Source of the DNA: an uncultured Candidatus Rokubacteria bacterium
GTDB taxonomy: Bacteria; Methylomirabilota; Methylomirabilia; Rokubacteriales; DASRDR01
Reading direction: 5' to 3'
DNA: 64,000 bases
Assembly: GCA_963708025.1 (NCBI GenBank)
Contig: CAVPSB010000023.1
Span: forward strand, 1 to 64,000
Positions 1 through 10,769 of this stretch are shown in pieces. Made by a program: the position numbers and the translations under genes. The first letter of the stretch is position 1. Every line of letters starts with the position of its first letter. The notes under the pieces were generated by a model. The model was not told where the DNA came from. It made no database searches and saw only the letters and a list, made by a program, of their open reading frames with translations.

Positions 1-104
1 GGATGCTCGCGAGCCGTGGGTGTTCTCGGGGTCGCCCCAGGCTGCCGGCATGGAGGGGTGAGGAAACGGCGCGCTCGACCGAGCGCCCGTGGAGGAGGTG
101 CCCC

Positions 105-1673
105 ATGCGGCAGACACGGCTCCAATGGCTCGCCATCGCAGCCCTGGCCGGGCTGGTCCTGGCCAGCGCGGCCTTCGCCCAGGCCCCGCGGCGCGGCGGG
201 GTGCTCCGCGTCGGCATTCTGGGCGAGCCGCCGGCCCTCGATGCCCACTGGTCGACGACGGCCCTGGTCGAGACGCTGACCAACCACATCTACGAGGGCC
301 TGTACACCCTCGACCAGGACAACCGCCCGATCCCGATGCTGGCCGAGGGGATGCCGGCCGTCTCTCAGGACGGGCTGGTCTACACGTTCAAGCTCCGGCA
401 AGGCGTGCGGTTTCACAACGGAAAGGAGTTGGGCGCCGAGGACGTGGTCGCCTCGCTCAAGCGCTGGGGCCAGCAGGCGAACCAGGGCAAGGTCCTCTTC
501 AAGCAGGTGGCGGAGCTTCGGGCCGTCGACCGTTACACCGTCGAGCTTCGCCTGACGGAACGCTCGCCGATCACGGTGCTCGCGCTGGCTGTCCCGAACA
601 CCTTCGCCGCGATCTACCCGAAGGAGATCGCCGAGAAGTTCCCGCCGGCCCAGAAGGTCACCGAGTACGTGGGGACCGGCCCCTTCCGGGTCGTCGAGTG
701 GAAGCCCGACCAGTACATCCGGATGGTCCGGTTCGATGACTATCGGCCCCGCGGCGAGAAGCCGAGCGGCTACGGCGGCGCGAAGGCGGCCCATGTCGAC
801 GAGATACGCTGGATCCCGGTGCCGGACGTCGCCACGCGGGCCGCCCAGGTGGAGACCGGCGAGCTGGACTTCGCCGACGACCTCTCGCTGGACCAGTACG
901 ACCGGCTCGTCCAAAGCCCGAACGCGCGCCCGCTGGTCGCCAGGCCGTATTTCTGGCTCATCGCCGTCTTCAACAAGAAGGAAGGGGTGATGTCGAACCA
1001 GAAGCTGCGGCAGGCATGGCAGGCCGCGATCGACATCGAGCCGATCATGAAGGTCGTGGCGGCGGGGAAGCCCGAATTCTACCGTCTGGACTCGAGCCTC
1101 GTGTTCCAGGAAGTCCCCGAGTGGCACACGAAGCTCGCCGAGCTCCCCTACAACGAGCGTAACGTCGAGAAGGCGAAGCGACTGATTAAGGAGGCCGGCT
1201 ACAAGGGGGAGCCCATCCGTTTCCTGGCGACCAAGGAGTACAAGATGATGTACGACTTCGCGGTCGTCATGAAGCAGCAGATGGAGGACATCGGGTTCAC
1301 GATCGACCTCCAGGTGGTGGACTGGGCCACGCTGTTGACACGACGATTCAACCCCAAGGAGTACGAGGTCTTCACCACCAGCATTGGCCTCGGGCAGGGG
1401 CTGGATCCGATGTTCCAGGTGATCCTCTCGTGCACCTGGGCCGGGTGGACCTGCGACGAGGAGATCCAGAAGGTCAACCAAGAGCTGGCCCGGGAGACGG
1501 ACCCGAAACGGCGGCGCGCCCTGTGGGAGCGGCAGACGCGGCTCTGGTACGACAAGGTGCCGTCGATCCGCCTCGGTGACCTCCACGGGCTCCGGGCGAC
1601 CCGGAAGAGCGTGAAGGGGTTCAACGAGCGCACCGAGCGCCCGCGCTTCTACAACGTCTGGCTCGAGCCCTGA
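105..1673 (+). CDS. ABC transporter substrate-binding protein, family 5 (peptide/nickel type)
   Basis: GGAGG SD before ATG105; signal peptide; LDAH...IYEGL, YTFKLRQGVRFHNG and VGTGPF motifs. Confidence 0.9.
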   Translation: MRQTRLQWLAIAALAGLVLASAAFAQAPRRGGVLRVGILGEPPALDAHWSTTALVETLTNHIYEGLYTLDQDNRPIPMLAEGMPAVSQDGLVYTFKLRQGVRFHNGKELGAEDVVASLKRWGQQANQGKVLFKQVAELRAVDRYTVELRLTERSPITVLALAVPNTFAAIYPKEIAEKFPPAQKVTEYVGTGPFRVVEWKPDQYIRMVRFDDYRPRGEKPSGYGGAKAAHVDEIRWIPVPDVATRAAQVETGELDFADDLSLDQYDRLVQSPNARPLVARPYFWLIAVFNKKEGVMSNQKLRQAWQAAIDIEPIMKVVAAGKPEFYRLDSSLVFQEVPEWHTKLAELPYNERNVEKAKRLIKEAGYKGEPIRFLATKEYKMMYDFAVVMKQQMEDIGFTIDLQVVDWATLLTRRFNPKEYEVFTTSIGLGQGLDPMFQVILSCTWAGWTCDEEIQKVNQELARETDPKRRRALWERQTRLWYDKVPSIRLGDLHGLRATRKSVKGFNERTERPRFYNVWLEP

Positions 1674-1928
1674 GGGGAGAGTGGCCATGACCGGCCTCGG
1701 ACGCCTCGGCGCAGAAGGGCGCTGGTGTGATCCGGCTGGGGAGTCCGGGGAGCCGCCGACCCCAAACTCCCACTGAACGACGGTGAGCGCGAATGAGACC
1801 ACTCGCGCCGGACCTTGCCGGCTGCCGCCGGTCGATCAGGCTGGCTCCCGCCGCCGCGCCAGAAACGGAACGTCGAGGGCTGAGCCCAGGTCTCCCGGCG
1901 AGAGCGACCCATACCACGGAGCGCCGCG

Positions 1929-2252
1929 ATGCGTCTGACGCCGACCGAGCTGGATCGTTTGACCATCTTCACCGCCGCCGAGCTGGCCCGCCGCTGGCGG
2001 GCCAGGGGATGGCGCCTGAATCACCCGGAGGCGCTCGCGCTGATCTGCGATGAGATGCACGCGGCCGCTCGCGGCGGCGCCTCCTACGAGGAGGTAGTGG
2101 CCGTTGGCCGCAGCGTCCTGACGGAGGACGACGTGCTCGATGGCGTCGCGGACCTGATCGGGACCGTCAAGCTGGAGTGCCTGTTCGGCGATGGCGCCCG
2201 CGTGCTGTACGTGGAGCGTCCCATCGGACCCCGAGCCGGAGCGCGGCCGTGA
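1929..2252 (+). CDS. ureA: Urease gamma subunit-like protein
   Basis: MRLTPTELDRL...LNHPEALALI motif. Confidence 0.9.
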   Translation: MRLTPTELDRLTIFTAAELARRWRARGWRLNHPEALALICDEMHAAARGGASYEEVVAVGRSVLTEDDVLDGVADLIGTVKLECLFGDGARVLYVERPIGPRAGARP

Positions 2253-2647
2253 GACCGGGCGAGATCCTGTTCGCCGACGGGCCGATCCACCTCAACGTCG
2301 GCCGGGCCATCGTCGAGCTCGACGTGACCAGCACGTCCGACCACACGATCTTCGTCAGCTCCCACTTCCCCTTCTTCGAGGTCAACCACCGCCTCATCTT
2401 CGACCGCGCTCTCGCCTGGGGCATGCATCTCGACGTCCCCGCCGGCGATTCCGTGCGGTGGCGGCCCGGGGAGACGAGGCGCGTCCGGCTGGTCGCTTTT
2501 GGCGGGCGCCGCGTGGTCCGCGGCTTCAATGGACTGACCGACGGGCCCGCCACGCCCGAGCGGTTGGCCGGCGGGCTCGCGCGCATGCGCCTGGCCGGCT
2601 ACGGGCACCAGCCCACCGGGCCCGAAGAGGCCGATCGTGGGCGGTGA
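2249..2647 (+). CDS. ureB: Urease beta subunit-like protein
   Basis: GTG start overlaps ureA stop; RPGEI, VSSHFPFFEVN, LDVPAGDSVRWRPG, GFNGL motifs. Confidence 0.9.
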   Translation: MRPGEILFADGPIHLNVGRAIVELDVTSTSDHTIFVSSHFPFFEVNHRLIFDRALAWGMHLDVPAGDSVRWRPGETRRVRLVAFGGRRVVRGFNGLTDGPATPERLAGGLARMRLAGYGHQPTGPEEADRGR

Positions 2648-4307
2648 GCTGAGCCGCCCGGAGTACGCCGCCCGCTACGGCCCGACCGCGGGGGACCGCG
2701 TCCGGCTCGCCGACACCGACCTCCTGGCGCGGATCGAGCGTGACGAAACGAGCTACGGCGACGAGATCCTGCGGGGCTGGGGCAAGACGCTGCGGACCGG
2801 CGTCATGCTGAATGACGAGCTGCCGGCGGCGAGCGAGCTGGACCTCCTCATCACCAACGTGATCGTCCTGGACCCCGTACTCGGCGTGTTCAAGGCCAAC
2901 CTCGGGGTGAAGGACGGACTGATCGTCGGAGCGGGACGCGCCGGCAATGCGGACGTCGTGGACAACCCCGATCTGCTCCTGGGGCCAAACACGATGGCCC
3001 TCTACGGCCAGGGGTACCTCGCGACCCCCGGCGGAATCGATACGCACGTCCATCTGGTCCAGCCGCGGCTCCTGCCGGTCGCGCTGGCGGCCGGCATGAC
3101 GACCCTGATCACCGGTGGCCTCAACGAGAACCCGGCCTTCAACCTGGAGCGCATGTTCCTCGCGTTCGAGGGATGCCCGCTGAACCTCGGCCTCCTCGGG
3201 CGCGCGGCCAGCTACACTGCGGCCCCGCTTGCCCGCCAGATCGAGTCGGGCGCCTGCGGCCTCAAGGTCCACGAGGACTGGGCCGGCTACCCGAGCATCG
3301 TCGACCAGGCGCTGACCGTTGCCGACGCGTACGACGTCCAGATCGCGATGCACACCGACGGCATCAACGAGTCGTGCGAGCTGAACGAGACGGTGGCCGC
3401 CATCGGGGGCCGGGCCATCCACGCCTATCACGTCGAGGGCATCGGCGGCGGCCACGCCCCCGACATCCTGGCCATCGCCGGTGTCGAGAATGTGATCGGC
3501 TCGTCGACCACGCCGACGATCCCGTACGGCCGGAACGTGGTGGCGGAGCATCACGCCATGATGTGGTCGCACCACGGCATGAACCCGCGCGTGCCGAGCG
3601 ACCACGCGATGATCGCCGACCGCATCCGCGACTCCACCATGCGGGCGGAGAGTCTTCTCCACGAGCTCGGCGCGATCAGCATCATCAACTCCGACTCGCA
3701 GGGAATGGGCCGCATCGGCGAAGTGATCCGCCGGACCTGGCAGCTCGCCCACCAGATGAAGCGGCTCCAGGGCGAGTCGGCGCCCGACGACAACCCCCGA
3801 ATCCTGAAATACCTGGCCAAGTACACGATCAACCCCGCGCGGGCGCACGGGGTGGACCGGTGGGTGGGCTCGCTCGAGCCCGGGAAGGTGGCCGACATCG
3901 TGCTCTGGCGACCGGAGTTCTTCGGCGTCAAGCCCGAGCTGGTGATCAAGGGGGGCTATCCCGCCTGGGGAGCGGTCGGCGAGGGCAACGCCTCCGGCCC
4001 GCAGAGCGAGCCCGTGCTCTACGCCCCGCACTGGGGCGGCAGCGGCCTCGCCGCGGCGAGCCTGAGTGTCAACTTCGTGTCGGCTGCCGCGGCGGCGAGC
4101 GGCTTTCGTCGCCGTCTTCGGACACGACGGCGCGCGATCCCGGTGCACGGGACGCGGCGGGTCGGCAAGCGCGACATGCTCTACAACCAGGCGAACCCGC
4201 GGATCGAGATCGATCCGGGTACGGCGGAGATCCGGATCGACGGCCAGCCGTTGCCGCCTCTGCCGACGGACGACCTGCCGATGAACCGCCGCTACTTTCT
4301 GCTGTAG
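2637..4307 (+). CDS. ureC: Urease alpha subunit-like amidohydrolase (divergent active site)
   Basis: GPTAGDRVRLADT, GGIDTHVH, GLKVHEDW, MHTD, HAYHVEG, SDSQGMGR, KYTINPA motifs. Confidence 0.9.
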   Translation: MGGELSRPEYAARYGPTAGDRVRLADTDLLARIERDETSYGDEILRGWGKTLRTGVMLNDELPAASELDLLITNVIVLDPVLGVFKANLGVKDGLIVGAGRAGNADVVDNPDLLLGPNTMALYGQGYLATPGGIDTHVHLVQPRLLPVALAAGMTTLITGGLNENPAFNLERMFLAFEGCPLNLGLLGRAASYTAAPLARQIESGACGLKVHEDWAGYPSIVDQALTVADAYDVQIAMHTDGINESCELNETVAAIGGRAIHAYHVEGIGGGHAPDILAIAGVENVIGSSTTPTIPYGRNVVAEHHAMMWSHHGMNPRVPSDHAMIADRIRDSTMRAESLLHELGAISIINSDSQGMGRIGEVIRRTWQLAHQMKRLQGESAPDDNPRILKYLAKYTINPARAHGVDRWVGSLEPGKVADIVLWRPEFFGVKPELVIKGGYPAWGAVGEGNASGPQSEPVLYAPHWGGSGLAAASLSVNFVSAAAAASGFRRRLRTRRRAIPVHGTRRVGKRDMLYNQANPRIEIDPGTAEIRIDGQPLPPLPTDDLPMNRRYFLL

Positions 4308-4802
4308 GGAAGCCCGCCGCGCGAGCGGACCGCGCGGTCAACGGGCCCCGCCGGTGCCCGCTTCCGTGGCCAACTGACCCATCCCTCCGCCAAAGCGCGT
4401 CCGGGTCGCCTGAGGCGACTATTCGCGCCTTGGTGAGGGGCCCGACCGCAGGGAGAGCGGTGGGCGGGTTTCCGAGGGCAGGGCCGCGGACGCGGTTCCC
4501 GAAGACACCATCTGGAGCACCTACGTTCCGTTAACGAGCGATCGAGCAGCTCAACCGCCGACCATTCCCCGCGGACCTGTTGACCCGTCCCCGCGATGAG
4601 CTGAGCCGGGCGGCCGACAGCACGCGAATCGTCCGCCCAGCCGGCGCCAGGCCGGAGGTCCGAACACCGCCTTGACCTCGGGCGGCGGGGCTAGGCAGAG
4701 TGTTCGGTATGAATTCGGTGAAGGGGAGCCGGGGCGGAGGGGCGTCGGCGGCCCTTTCGCCTCTCGCCTCGCTTCCACGACCGCGTCACCCGTAGCCGGA
4801 GG

Positions 4803-6386
4803 ATGGCCATGCTCGATCTGCTGGTCCGCGGCGGTCTCGTCATCGACGGCACCGGCAACCCCGGCTTCTACGGCGCGGTGGCGGTGGAGGGCGAGCGGGT
4901 CCGAATCCTGCGGGGGAGCCTGGCCGGGATCGAGGCTGCCCGGGTCGTCGACGCTACCGGGCGCGTCGTCTGCCCCGGCTTCATCGACATGCACGCGCAC
5001 TCGGGGCTCGTCATCCTGGCCGAGCCCCGGCACGAGCCGAAGGTCCGGCAGGGCGTGACCACCGAGGTGATCGGCATCGACGGGTGCTCGTACGCGCCCT
5101 TCGAGTCCCCCGACGACCTCCACCGCTTCATCGAGGTCAACTCGGGTCTGGACGGCTGTCCGCCGCTGCCGGGTCGCTGGTCCACCGTCGAGCAGTACCT
5201 GGACTGCTTCACCAGCCGGGTCGCGGTCAACATCGTCTACCTGGTGGGCAACTCGCCGATCCGCATCGCGGGCCTGGGCTGGGACGATCGGCCCGCGACG
5301 GCGGCCCAGCTCGCCAACATGACCGCCGTGCTGCGCACGGCGATGGAGGAGGGCGCCTGGGGCATGTCCACCGGCCTCGACTACCCGCCGGGGAGCTACG
5401 CCGACACGGCGGAGCTGACCGCGCTCTGCCGGCAGGGGGCCGACCTGGGCGGCATCTACCACACGCACGTCCGCTACAGCTTGGGGGACCGCTTCCTGGA
5501 TCCCTTCCGGGAGGCGATCGAGATCGGGCGGCAGAGCGGCATCGCCACCCACATCACGCACTTCTATCACCGCACGACTGCACCGGCCGGCGCGCGCCGG
5601 ATGCTGGAGCTGGTCGAGGACGCGCGCGAGGGCGGCCTGGACGTGACGTTCGACAGCTACCCCTACGTCTTCAGCAGCACCCGGCTCAACATCCTGATCC
5701 CGCAGTGGGCGTTCGACGGCGGCCCCGAGCGGCTCCGGGCCACGCTGGCCTCCCCCGACGGCCGGGCGCGGATGCGGAAGGAGATCGAGCCGCGGGCCGC
5801 CTCCTGGCACGAGATGTGGGTCACCTACTTCAAGCGCCCGGAGCATCACCGGTACGAGGGACGGTCGATCGCCCAGGTCGCCGAGATGATGGGGAAGGAT
5901 CCCGTGGACGCCGTCTGCGACCTCCTGCTCGCCGAGGACCAGCAGGTGTCGTATGTCTCGGCCGGCGCCAACGCCGGGACCCTCCCGAAGTTCGTCAGCC
6001 ATCCGCTGTCGATGGTCGGGAGCGACGCGCTCCTGATCGGCGACTACCCGAGCCCCCGGAGCTACGGGACCTTCCCGATCATCCTGGCCGAGTTCGTCCG
6101 GGAGGACCGGTTCCTGTCGCTCCCCGACGCGATCCGGAAGATGACGTCGTTTCCCGCCCAGCGGATCGGCCTGCCCGACCGCGGGCTTCTGCGTGACGGC
6201 TTCAAGGCCGACATCGTGATCTTCGATCCCAGGACGGTGAAGGCGCCCGCCACCCGCACGCAGCCCAAGCAGTTTCCCATCGGGATCGACTGGGTGATCG
6301 TCAACGGCAAGGTGGTGGTCGAGGGGGGCCGGCACACCGGCGTCCTGGCCGGGCGCGCCCTGCGGCGCGGCCGGCCCTCGACCTGA
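4803..6386 (+). CDS. N-acyl-D-amino-acid deacylase (D-aminoacylase family amidohydrolase)
   Basis: PGFIDMHAHS, QGVTTEVIG, GMSTGLDYPPG, SPRSYGTFP motifs. Confidence 0.88.
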   Translation: MAMLDLLVRGGLVIDGTGNPGFYGAVAVEGERVRILRGSLAGIEAARVVDATGRVVCPGFIDMHAHSGLVILAEPRHEPKVRQGVTTEVIGIDGCSYAPFESPDDLHRFIEVNSGLDGCPPLPGRWSTVEQYLDCFTSRVAVNIVYLVGNSPIRIAGLGWDDRPATAAQLANMTAVLRTAMEEGAWGMSTGLDYPPGSYADTAELTALCRQGADLGGIYHTHVRYSLGDRFLDPFREAIEIGRQSGIATHITHFYHRTTAPAGARRMLELVEDAREGGLDVTFDSYPYVFSSTRLNILIPQWAFDGGPERLRATLASPDGRARMRKEIEPRAASWHEMWVTYFKRPEHHRYEGRSIAQVAEMMGKDPVDAVCDLLLAEDQQVSYVSAGANAGTLPKFVSHPLSMVGSDALLIGDYPSPRSYGTFPIILAEFVREDRFLSLPDAIRKMTSFPAQRIGLPDRGLLRDGFKADIVIFDPRTVKAPATRTQPKQFPIGIDWVIVNGKVVVEGGRHTGVLAGRALRRGRPST

Positions 6387-6392
6387 GGTCAG

Positions 6393-7799
6393 ATGCCGGA
6401 TCGGGTTCCTCCGACTCCCCCCTCCCCCCCGGTGGGTGGGGGAGGGGGGTTGGGGGGATGGGCGGGAGGCCCCGACAAGACCGAGCCGGCCGCCGTCCCC
6501 CGCGTCGTCATCGTCGGTGGCGGCTTCGGCGGCCTCCAGGCTGCGTTCGCGCTGACCCGGGCCCCGGTCCGCGTCACGCTGCTCGACCGCCGCAACCACC
6601 ACCTCTTCCAGCCGCTCCTCTATCAGGTGGCGACGGCCGCGCTCTCACCCGGGAACATCGCCCAGCCCATCCGCCACATCCTCCGCCGGAGCCCGAACGT
6701 CGCCGTGCTGCTGGCCGAGGCGACCGCCGTCGACCTGGCGGGGCGCCGCGTCCTCCTGGCGGATGGGGAGATCGCATACGACTTCCTGATCCTGGCGACC
6801 GGGGCCAGCCACGCCTACTTCGGCCACGACGAGTGGGCTGCCCTGGCCCCGGGCCTGAAGAGCATCGAGGATGCCCTGGAGATCCGGCGCCGGGTGCTCC
6901 TGGCCTTCGAGGCGGCGGAGCGGGAAGGGGACGCGGCCCGGCGGCGAGCGCTCCTGACCTTCGTCATCGTCGGCGGCGGGCCGACCGGGGTGGAGCTGGC
7001 CGGGGCCCTCGCGGAGATCGCCCGCGACGTGCTCGTCCACGACTTCCGGGCGATCGACCCGAGCCAGGCGCGGATCGTGCTGGTCGAGGCGGGCCCGCGC
7101 GTCCTCGGCGCCTTCCCGGAGCCGCTCAGCCGGGTGGCGGCACGGGGGCTGGCGGCCCGTGGCGTGGACGTGCGGCCGGACGCCGCCGTGACGCGGATCG
7201 CCCCGGGGCTGGTCGAAGCCGGCGCGCTCTCGTTCGCGGCCGAGACGGTCCTGTGGGCGGCCGGCGTCCAGGCCTCGCCGATCGCGGCCTCGCTCGGGGT
7301 GCCGCTGGACCGGGCGGGCCGCGTCCTCGTGGAGCCGGACCTGACGGTCCCGGGCCACGCGGAGGTGTCCGTCATCGGGGACCTGGCCGCGTTCCTCCAT
7401 GACCCATCGACCGGCGGCCGGCCGCTGCCCGGCCTGGCGCCGGTCGCGATCCAGATGGGCCGGCACGCCGCCGAGAACATCCGGCGAGTGGCGCGGAGGG
7501 AGGCCCCGCGACCCTTCCGCTACCGGGACCGGGGAATGATGGCGACGATCGGCCGGAACGCGGCGGTGGCCCAGGTCGGCCGGGTCCGGCTCACCGGTTT
7601 TCTCGCCTGGCTGGCGTGGGTCCTCGTGCACATCGTCACTCTCATCGGCTTTCGCAACCGCCTTCTCGTGCTGATCGAGTGGGCCTGGGCCTACGTCACC
7701 TTCAATCGAGGGGTGCGGCTCATCACCGGCCCCCCCGCGCCCGCCGCCCCGGCTCGGACCGCGGTCGCGCCGCCCGAGCGCGAGTCCCGCCCCTCCTGA
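6393..7799 (+). CDS. ndh: Type II NADH dehydrogenase; N-terminus overlaps a repeat, exact start uncertain
   Basis: VVIVGGGFGG, HHLFQPLLYQVATA, VGGGPTGVELAG, MATIGR motifs. Confidence 0.9.
   Translation: MPDRVPPTPPSPPVGGGGGLGGWAGGPDKTEPAAVPRVVIVGGGFGGLQAAFALTRAPVRVTLLDRRNHHLFQPLLYQVATAALSPGNIAQPIRHILRRSPNVAVLLAEATAVDLAGRRVLLADGEIAYDFLILATGASHAYFGHDEWAALAPGLKSIEDALEIRRRVLLAFEAAEREGDAARRRALLTFVIVGGGPTGVELAGALAEIARDVLVHDFRAIDPSQARIVLVEAGPRVLGAFPEPLSRVAARGLAARGVDVRPDAAVTRIAPGLVEAGALSFAAETVLWAAGVQASPIAASLGVPLDRAGRVLVEPDLTVPGHAEVSVIGDLAAFLHDPSTGGRPLPGLAPVAIQMGRHAAENIRRVARREAPRPFRYRDRGMMATIGRNAAVAQVGRVRLTGFLAWLAWVLVHIVTLIGFRNRLLVLIEWAWAYVTFNRGVRLITGPPAPAAPARTAVAPPERESRPS
6400..6475 (+). repeat. Family A C-rich/G-rich palindromic repeat (short form)
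   Basis: CCCCCTCCCCC...GGGGGAGGGGG stem ending GGGCGGGAGG; recurs at several loci; boundaries approximate. Confidence 0.8.
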
Positions 7800-7908
7800 C
7801 CGAGGACCTCCCGATCGGTGGCGCGCGCGCCGCGCGGGCGAATTTACCCCGACCGCCACGGCTGTTATACTGCTGGTCACTCTCTGTCCAGGCGGGAGGC
7901 GACTATCC

Positions 7909-9381
7909 ATGGCGGCCTTGTCCAATTCCGAACGCCAGCGGCTCCGGGTGGCCTTCCAGGCCATCGTCGGGGCCGATGCCGTGGTGACCGATCCGAGCGA
8001 GCTCCTGGTCTACGAGTCGGACGGCCTGACCATCTTCCGGGCGGCGGCCGACGTGATCGTCTTCCCCCGCTCCACCGACGAGGTGGCGGCCTGCGTCAAG
8101 CTGGCGAACGCGGAGGGGCTCCCCTTCGTGGCGCGGGGCGCCGGCACCGGCCTGGCCGGCGGGTGCCTCCCGACCGAGGGCGGCCTGGTGATCGCCCTGA
8201 CCCGGATGACCCGGATCCTCGAGGTTGACTACGACAACCAGATCGCGGTCGTCGAGCCCGGCCTGGTGAACCTCCACCTCTCGCAGGCCCTCGCCGCTCG
8301 CGGCTACTACTACGCCCCGGACCCCTCGAGCCAGATCGCCTGCACCATCGGCGGCAACGTCGCCAACAACTCGGGCGGGCCCCACACGCTGAAGTACGGC
8401 GTGACGACGAACCACGTGCTGGGGGTGGAGGTCGTCCTGCCGGACGGCGAGGTCGTCTGGCTCGGTGGTCGGGTCCGCGACGGGCAGGGCTACGACCTGG
8501 TCGGGGTCTTCGTCGGATCGGAAGGGACCTTCGGCATCGCCACCAAGATCGCCGTCCGGATCCTCCGGCGGCCCCAGGCGGTCAAGACCCTGCTGGCAGT
8601 GTTCGATGTCCTCGATCAGGCCTCGCAGACCGTCGCCGCCATCACCGCCCGCGGGCTCACCCCGGCCGCGGTGGAGATGATCGACCACCTCACCATCCAG
8701 GCCGTCGAGGACGCCTACGGCGCCGGCTACCCGCGGGACGCGGCGGCGGTGCTCCTCATCGAGCTGGACGGGCTCGCGGTCGGCCTCGAGGAGGAGGCCG
8801 AGCACGTCGTGGCGGCGTGTCGCGAGAACGGGGCCCGGGACGTGCGGATCGCCCGGGACGAGGCCGAGCGCCAGCTCCTCTGGAAGGGGCGCAAGTCGGC
8901 GTTCGGGGCCTACGGCCGGATCACGCCGGCCTACTTCGTGATGGACGGGGTGATCCCGCGCACCCGGCTGCCCCAGGTCCTCCGGCGCATTGACCAGATC
9001 GTGACGGCGCACGGGCTTCGGGTCGGCAACGTCTTCCACGCGGGTGACGGGAACCTCCACCCGAACATCCTCTACGACCCCCGCAATCCGGGCGAGGTCG
9101 AGCGCGTGCTGGCGGCCGGCGCCGAGATCATGAAGGTCTGCGTCGACGTCGGCGGCTCGATCTCCGGCGAGCACGGGATCGGGATCGAGAAGCAGAACTT
9201 CATGCCGTGGATCTTCTCGGCGGCCGACCTCGAGGTCATGGCCGGGGTGAAGGCGGCCTTCAACCCCGGCGGGCGCTGCAACCCCGGCAAGATCTTCCCC
9301 ACCGCCAAGTCCTGCGTCCCCGGCGAGATCGCCTATCGCCCGCATCCGATCGAGGAGCGCGGTCTGGCCCAGCGCCTCTGA
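7909..9381 (+). CDS. glcD: Glycolate oxidase FAD subunit
   Basis: ARGAGTGLAGG, PDPSSQIACTIGGN, FHAGDGNLHP, SGEHGIG motifs. Confidence 0.92.
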   Translation: MAALSNSERQRLRVAFQAIVGADAVVTDPSELLVYESDGLTIFRAAADVIVFPRSTDEVAACVKLANAEGLPFVARGAGTGLAGGCLPTEGGLVIALTRMTRILEVDYDNQIAVVEPGLVNLHLSQALAARGYYYAPDPSSQIACTIGGNVANNSGGPHTLKYGVTTNHVLGVEVVLPDGEVVWLGGRVRDGQGYDLVGVFVGSEGTFGIATKIAVRILRRPQAVKTLLAVFDVLDQASQTVAAITARGLTPAAVEMIDHLTIQAVEDAYGAGYPRDAAAVLLIELDGLAVGLEEEAEHVVAACRENGARDVRIARDEAERQLLWKGRKSAFGAYGRITPAYFVMDGVIPRTRLPQVLRRIDQIVTAHGLRVGNVFHAGDGNLHPNILYDPRNPGEVERVLAAGAEIMKVCVDVGGSISGEHGIGIEKQNFMPWIFSAADLEVMAGVKAAFNPGGRCNPGKIFPTAKSCVPGEIAYRPHPIEERGLAQRL

Positions 9382-9402
9382 CGCTGGGCCGGGGGATCTG
9401 CC

Positions 9403-10765
9403 GTGCCGGTGAGCCCCGCGTTCCTCCGAACCCTCGCGGACGTCGTCGGCGCCGCTCACTGCCTCGTCGGCGCCGATCGGGGTCCCTTCGTCGTCGAGGG
9501 CCGAACGCCCTGCGCCGCGGTGTTTCCCGGCACCGCCGACGAGGCGGCCCGCGTGGTGAGGGCGGCGGCCGCCGCGGACGTCCCGGTGATCCCGTGGGGC
9601 GGGGGGACCCAGATGGGCCTCGGCGCGCCGCCGCGAGACGGGGCGGTCGTCGTCGGGACCGGGCGCCTCGGCCGGATCGTCGAGCACGAGCCGGGCGACC
9701 TGACCGCGACCGTCGAGGCCGGGGTCACGATGGACATGCTCCAGGCGGCGCTGGGTGCGAAGGGCCAGTGGGTGTCGCTGGACCCGCCCCTGCCCGGTCG
9801 GGCGACGCTGGGCGGGGTGCTGGCGGCCAACGGCTCCGGGCCCCGCCGCTACCTCTACGGCACGGCCCGTGACGTCGTGATCGGTCTCCGGGTGGTGGCT
9901 CCCGATGGCGAGATCGTCCGGTCCGGCGGGAAGGTCGTGAAGAATGTCGCCGGCTACGACCTGGTGAAGCTGTACATCGGATCCCTCGGGACCCTGGGGC
10001 TCATCGTCGAGGCGACGCTCAAGCTCCGGCCGCTCCCCGAAGCCGACCGGGCGTGCTGGGGCGCGTTCGCGGACCTGGCGAGCGCGGGCGCGGCGGTGCG
10101 GGCGGTCATGGCCTCCGACCTCGTCCCGCACGCCATCGAGTTGCTCGACGCCGAGGCGGCCGGCGCCTGCGGCGCGGTCGCGGAAGGCGCCGGCGCCACC
10201 GTGCTCCTCGGGTTCGACGGCCTGCGGAGCACCGTCGCCTGGCAGCTCGGCGAGGCCGAGCGGCTCCTCCGGGGCGCGGGCGCCCGGGCGGTCGTCAGCC
10301 TGGACGACCAGGCCTCGATCGCGACGCTGGCGGGGGTACGGGACGTTCGGGTGGGGCGGGTCGGGGCGGGCGGGGGCGCCGGAGCCGCTGGCGGTGGCGC
10401 GGGCGGCGCTCCTGCCGACCCACGTCGCGCCCTTCATGGCCGAGGCGGCGGCCGGGGTCCGTGCGACGGGACTGCGGCTGATGGCGGCTGCCCACGCGGG
10501 GAACGGGATCGTGACCGTCCTCCTGACGGCGAGCGAAGGAGAGGCGCGCGGCGTCGGGGGCACCGTGAAGGCTCTGGCCGGGCTGCGCGATCAGGCCCGC
10601 GCCGCCGGGGGCGAGTTGGTGATCGAGTGGGCGCCGCTGGCCGTCAAAGAGGAAATCAGCGTGTGGGACAGTCCAGGGGCGTCGGTCCGGCTCATGGAGC
10701 GGATCAAGGTCCGGCTCGACCCGAAGGGGATCATGAACCCGGGGCGGCTGGTCGGCGGCATCTGA
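9403..10765 (+). CDS. glcE: Glycolate oxidase subunit GlcE; frameshift in G-rich tract ~10350-10378
   Basis: GGKVVKNVAGYDL in the first frame; LDPKGIMNPGR C-terminus in ORF 10394-10765. Confidence 0.85.
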
Positions 10766-10769
10766 GAAT

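Noticed and set aside
1674-1928. Riboswitch (e.g. guanidine class) upstream of the urease-like genes
   Set aside because: Only generic GC hairpins; no recognisable consensus.
4308-4800. Long intergenic region as an ncRNA or small gene
   Set aside because: Only short dyads (e.g. CCGAACAC/GTGTTCGG around a possible promoter); no terminator-bounded unit or credible ORF.
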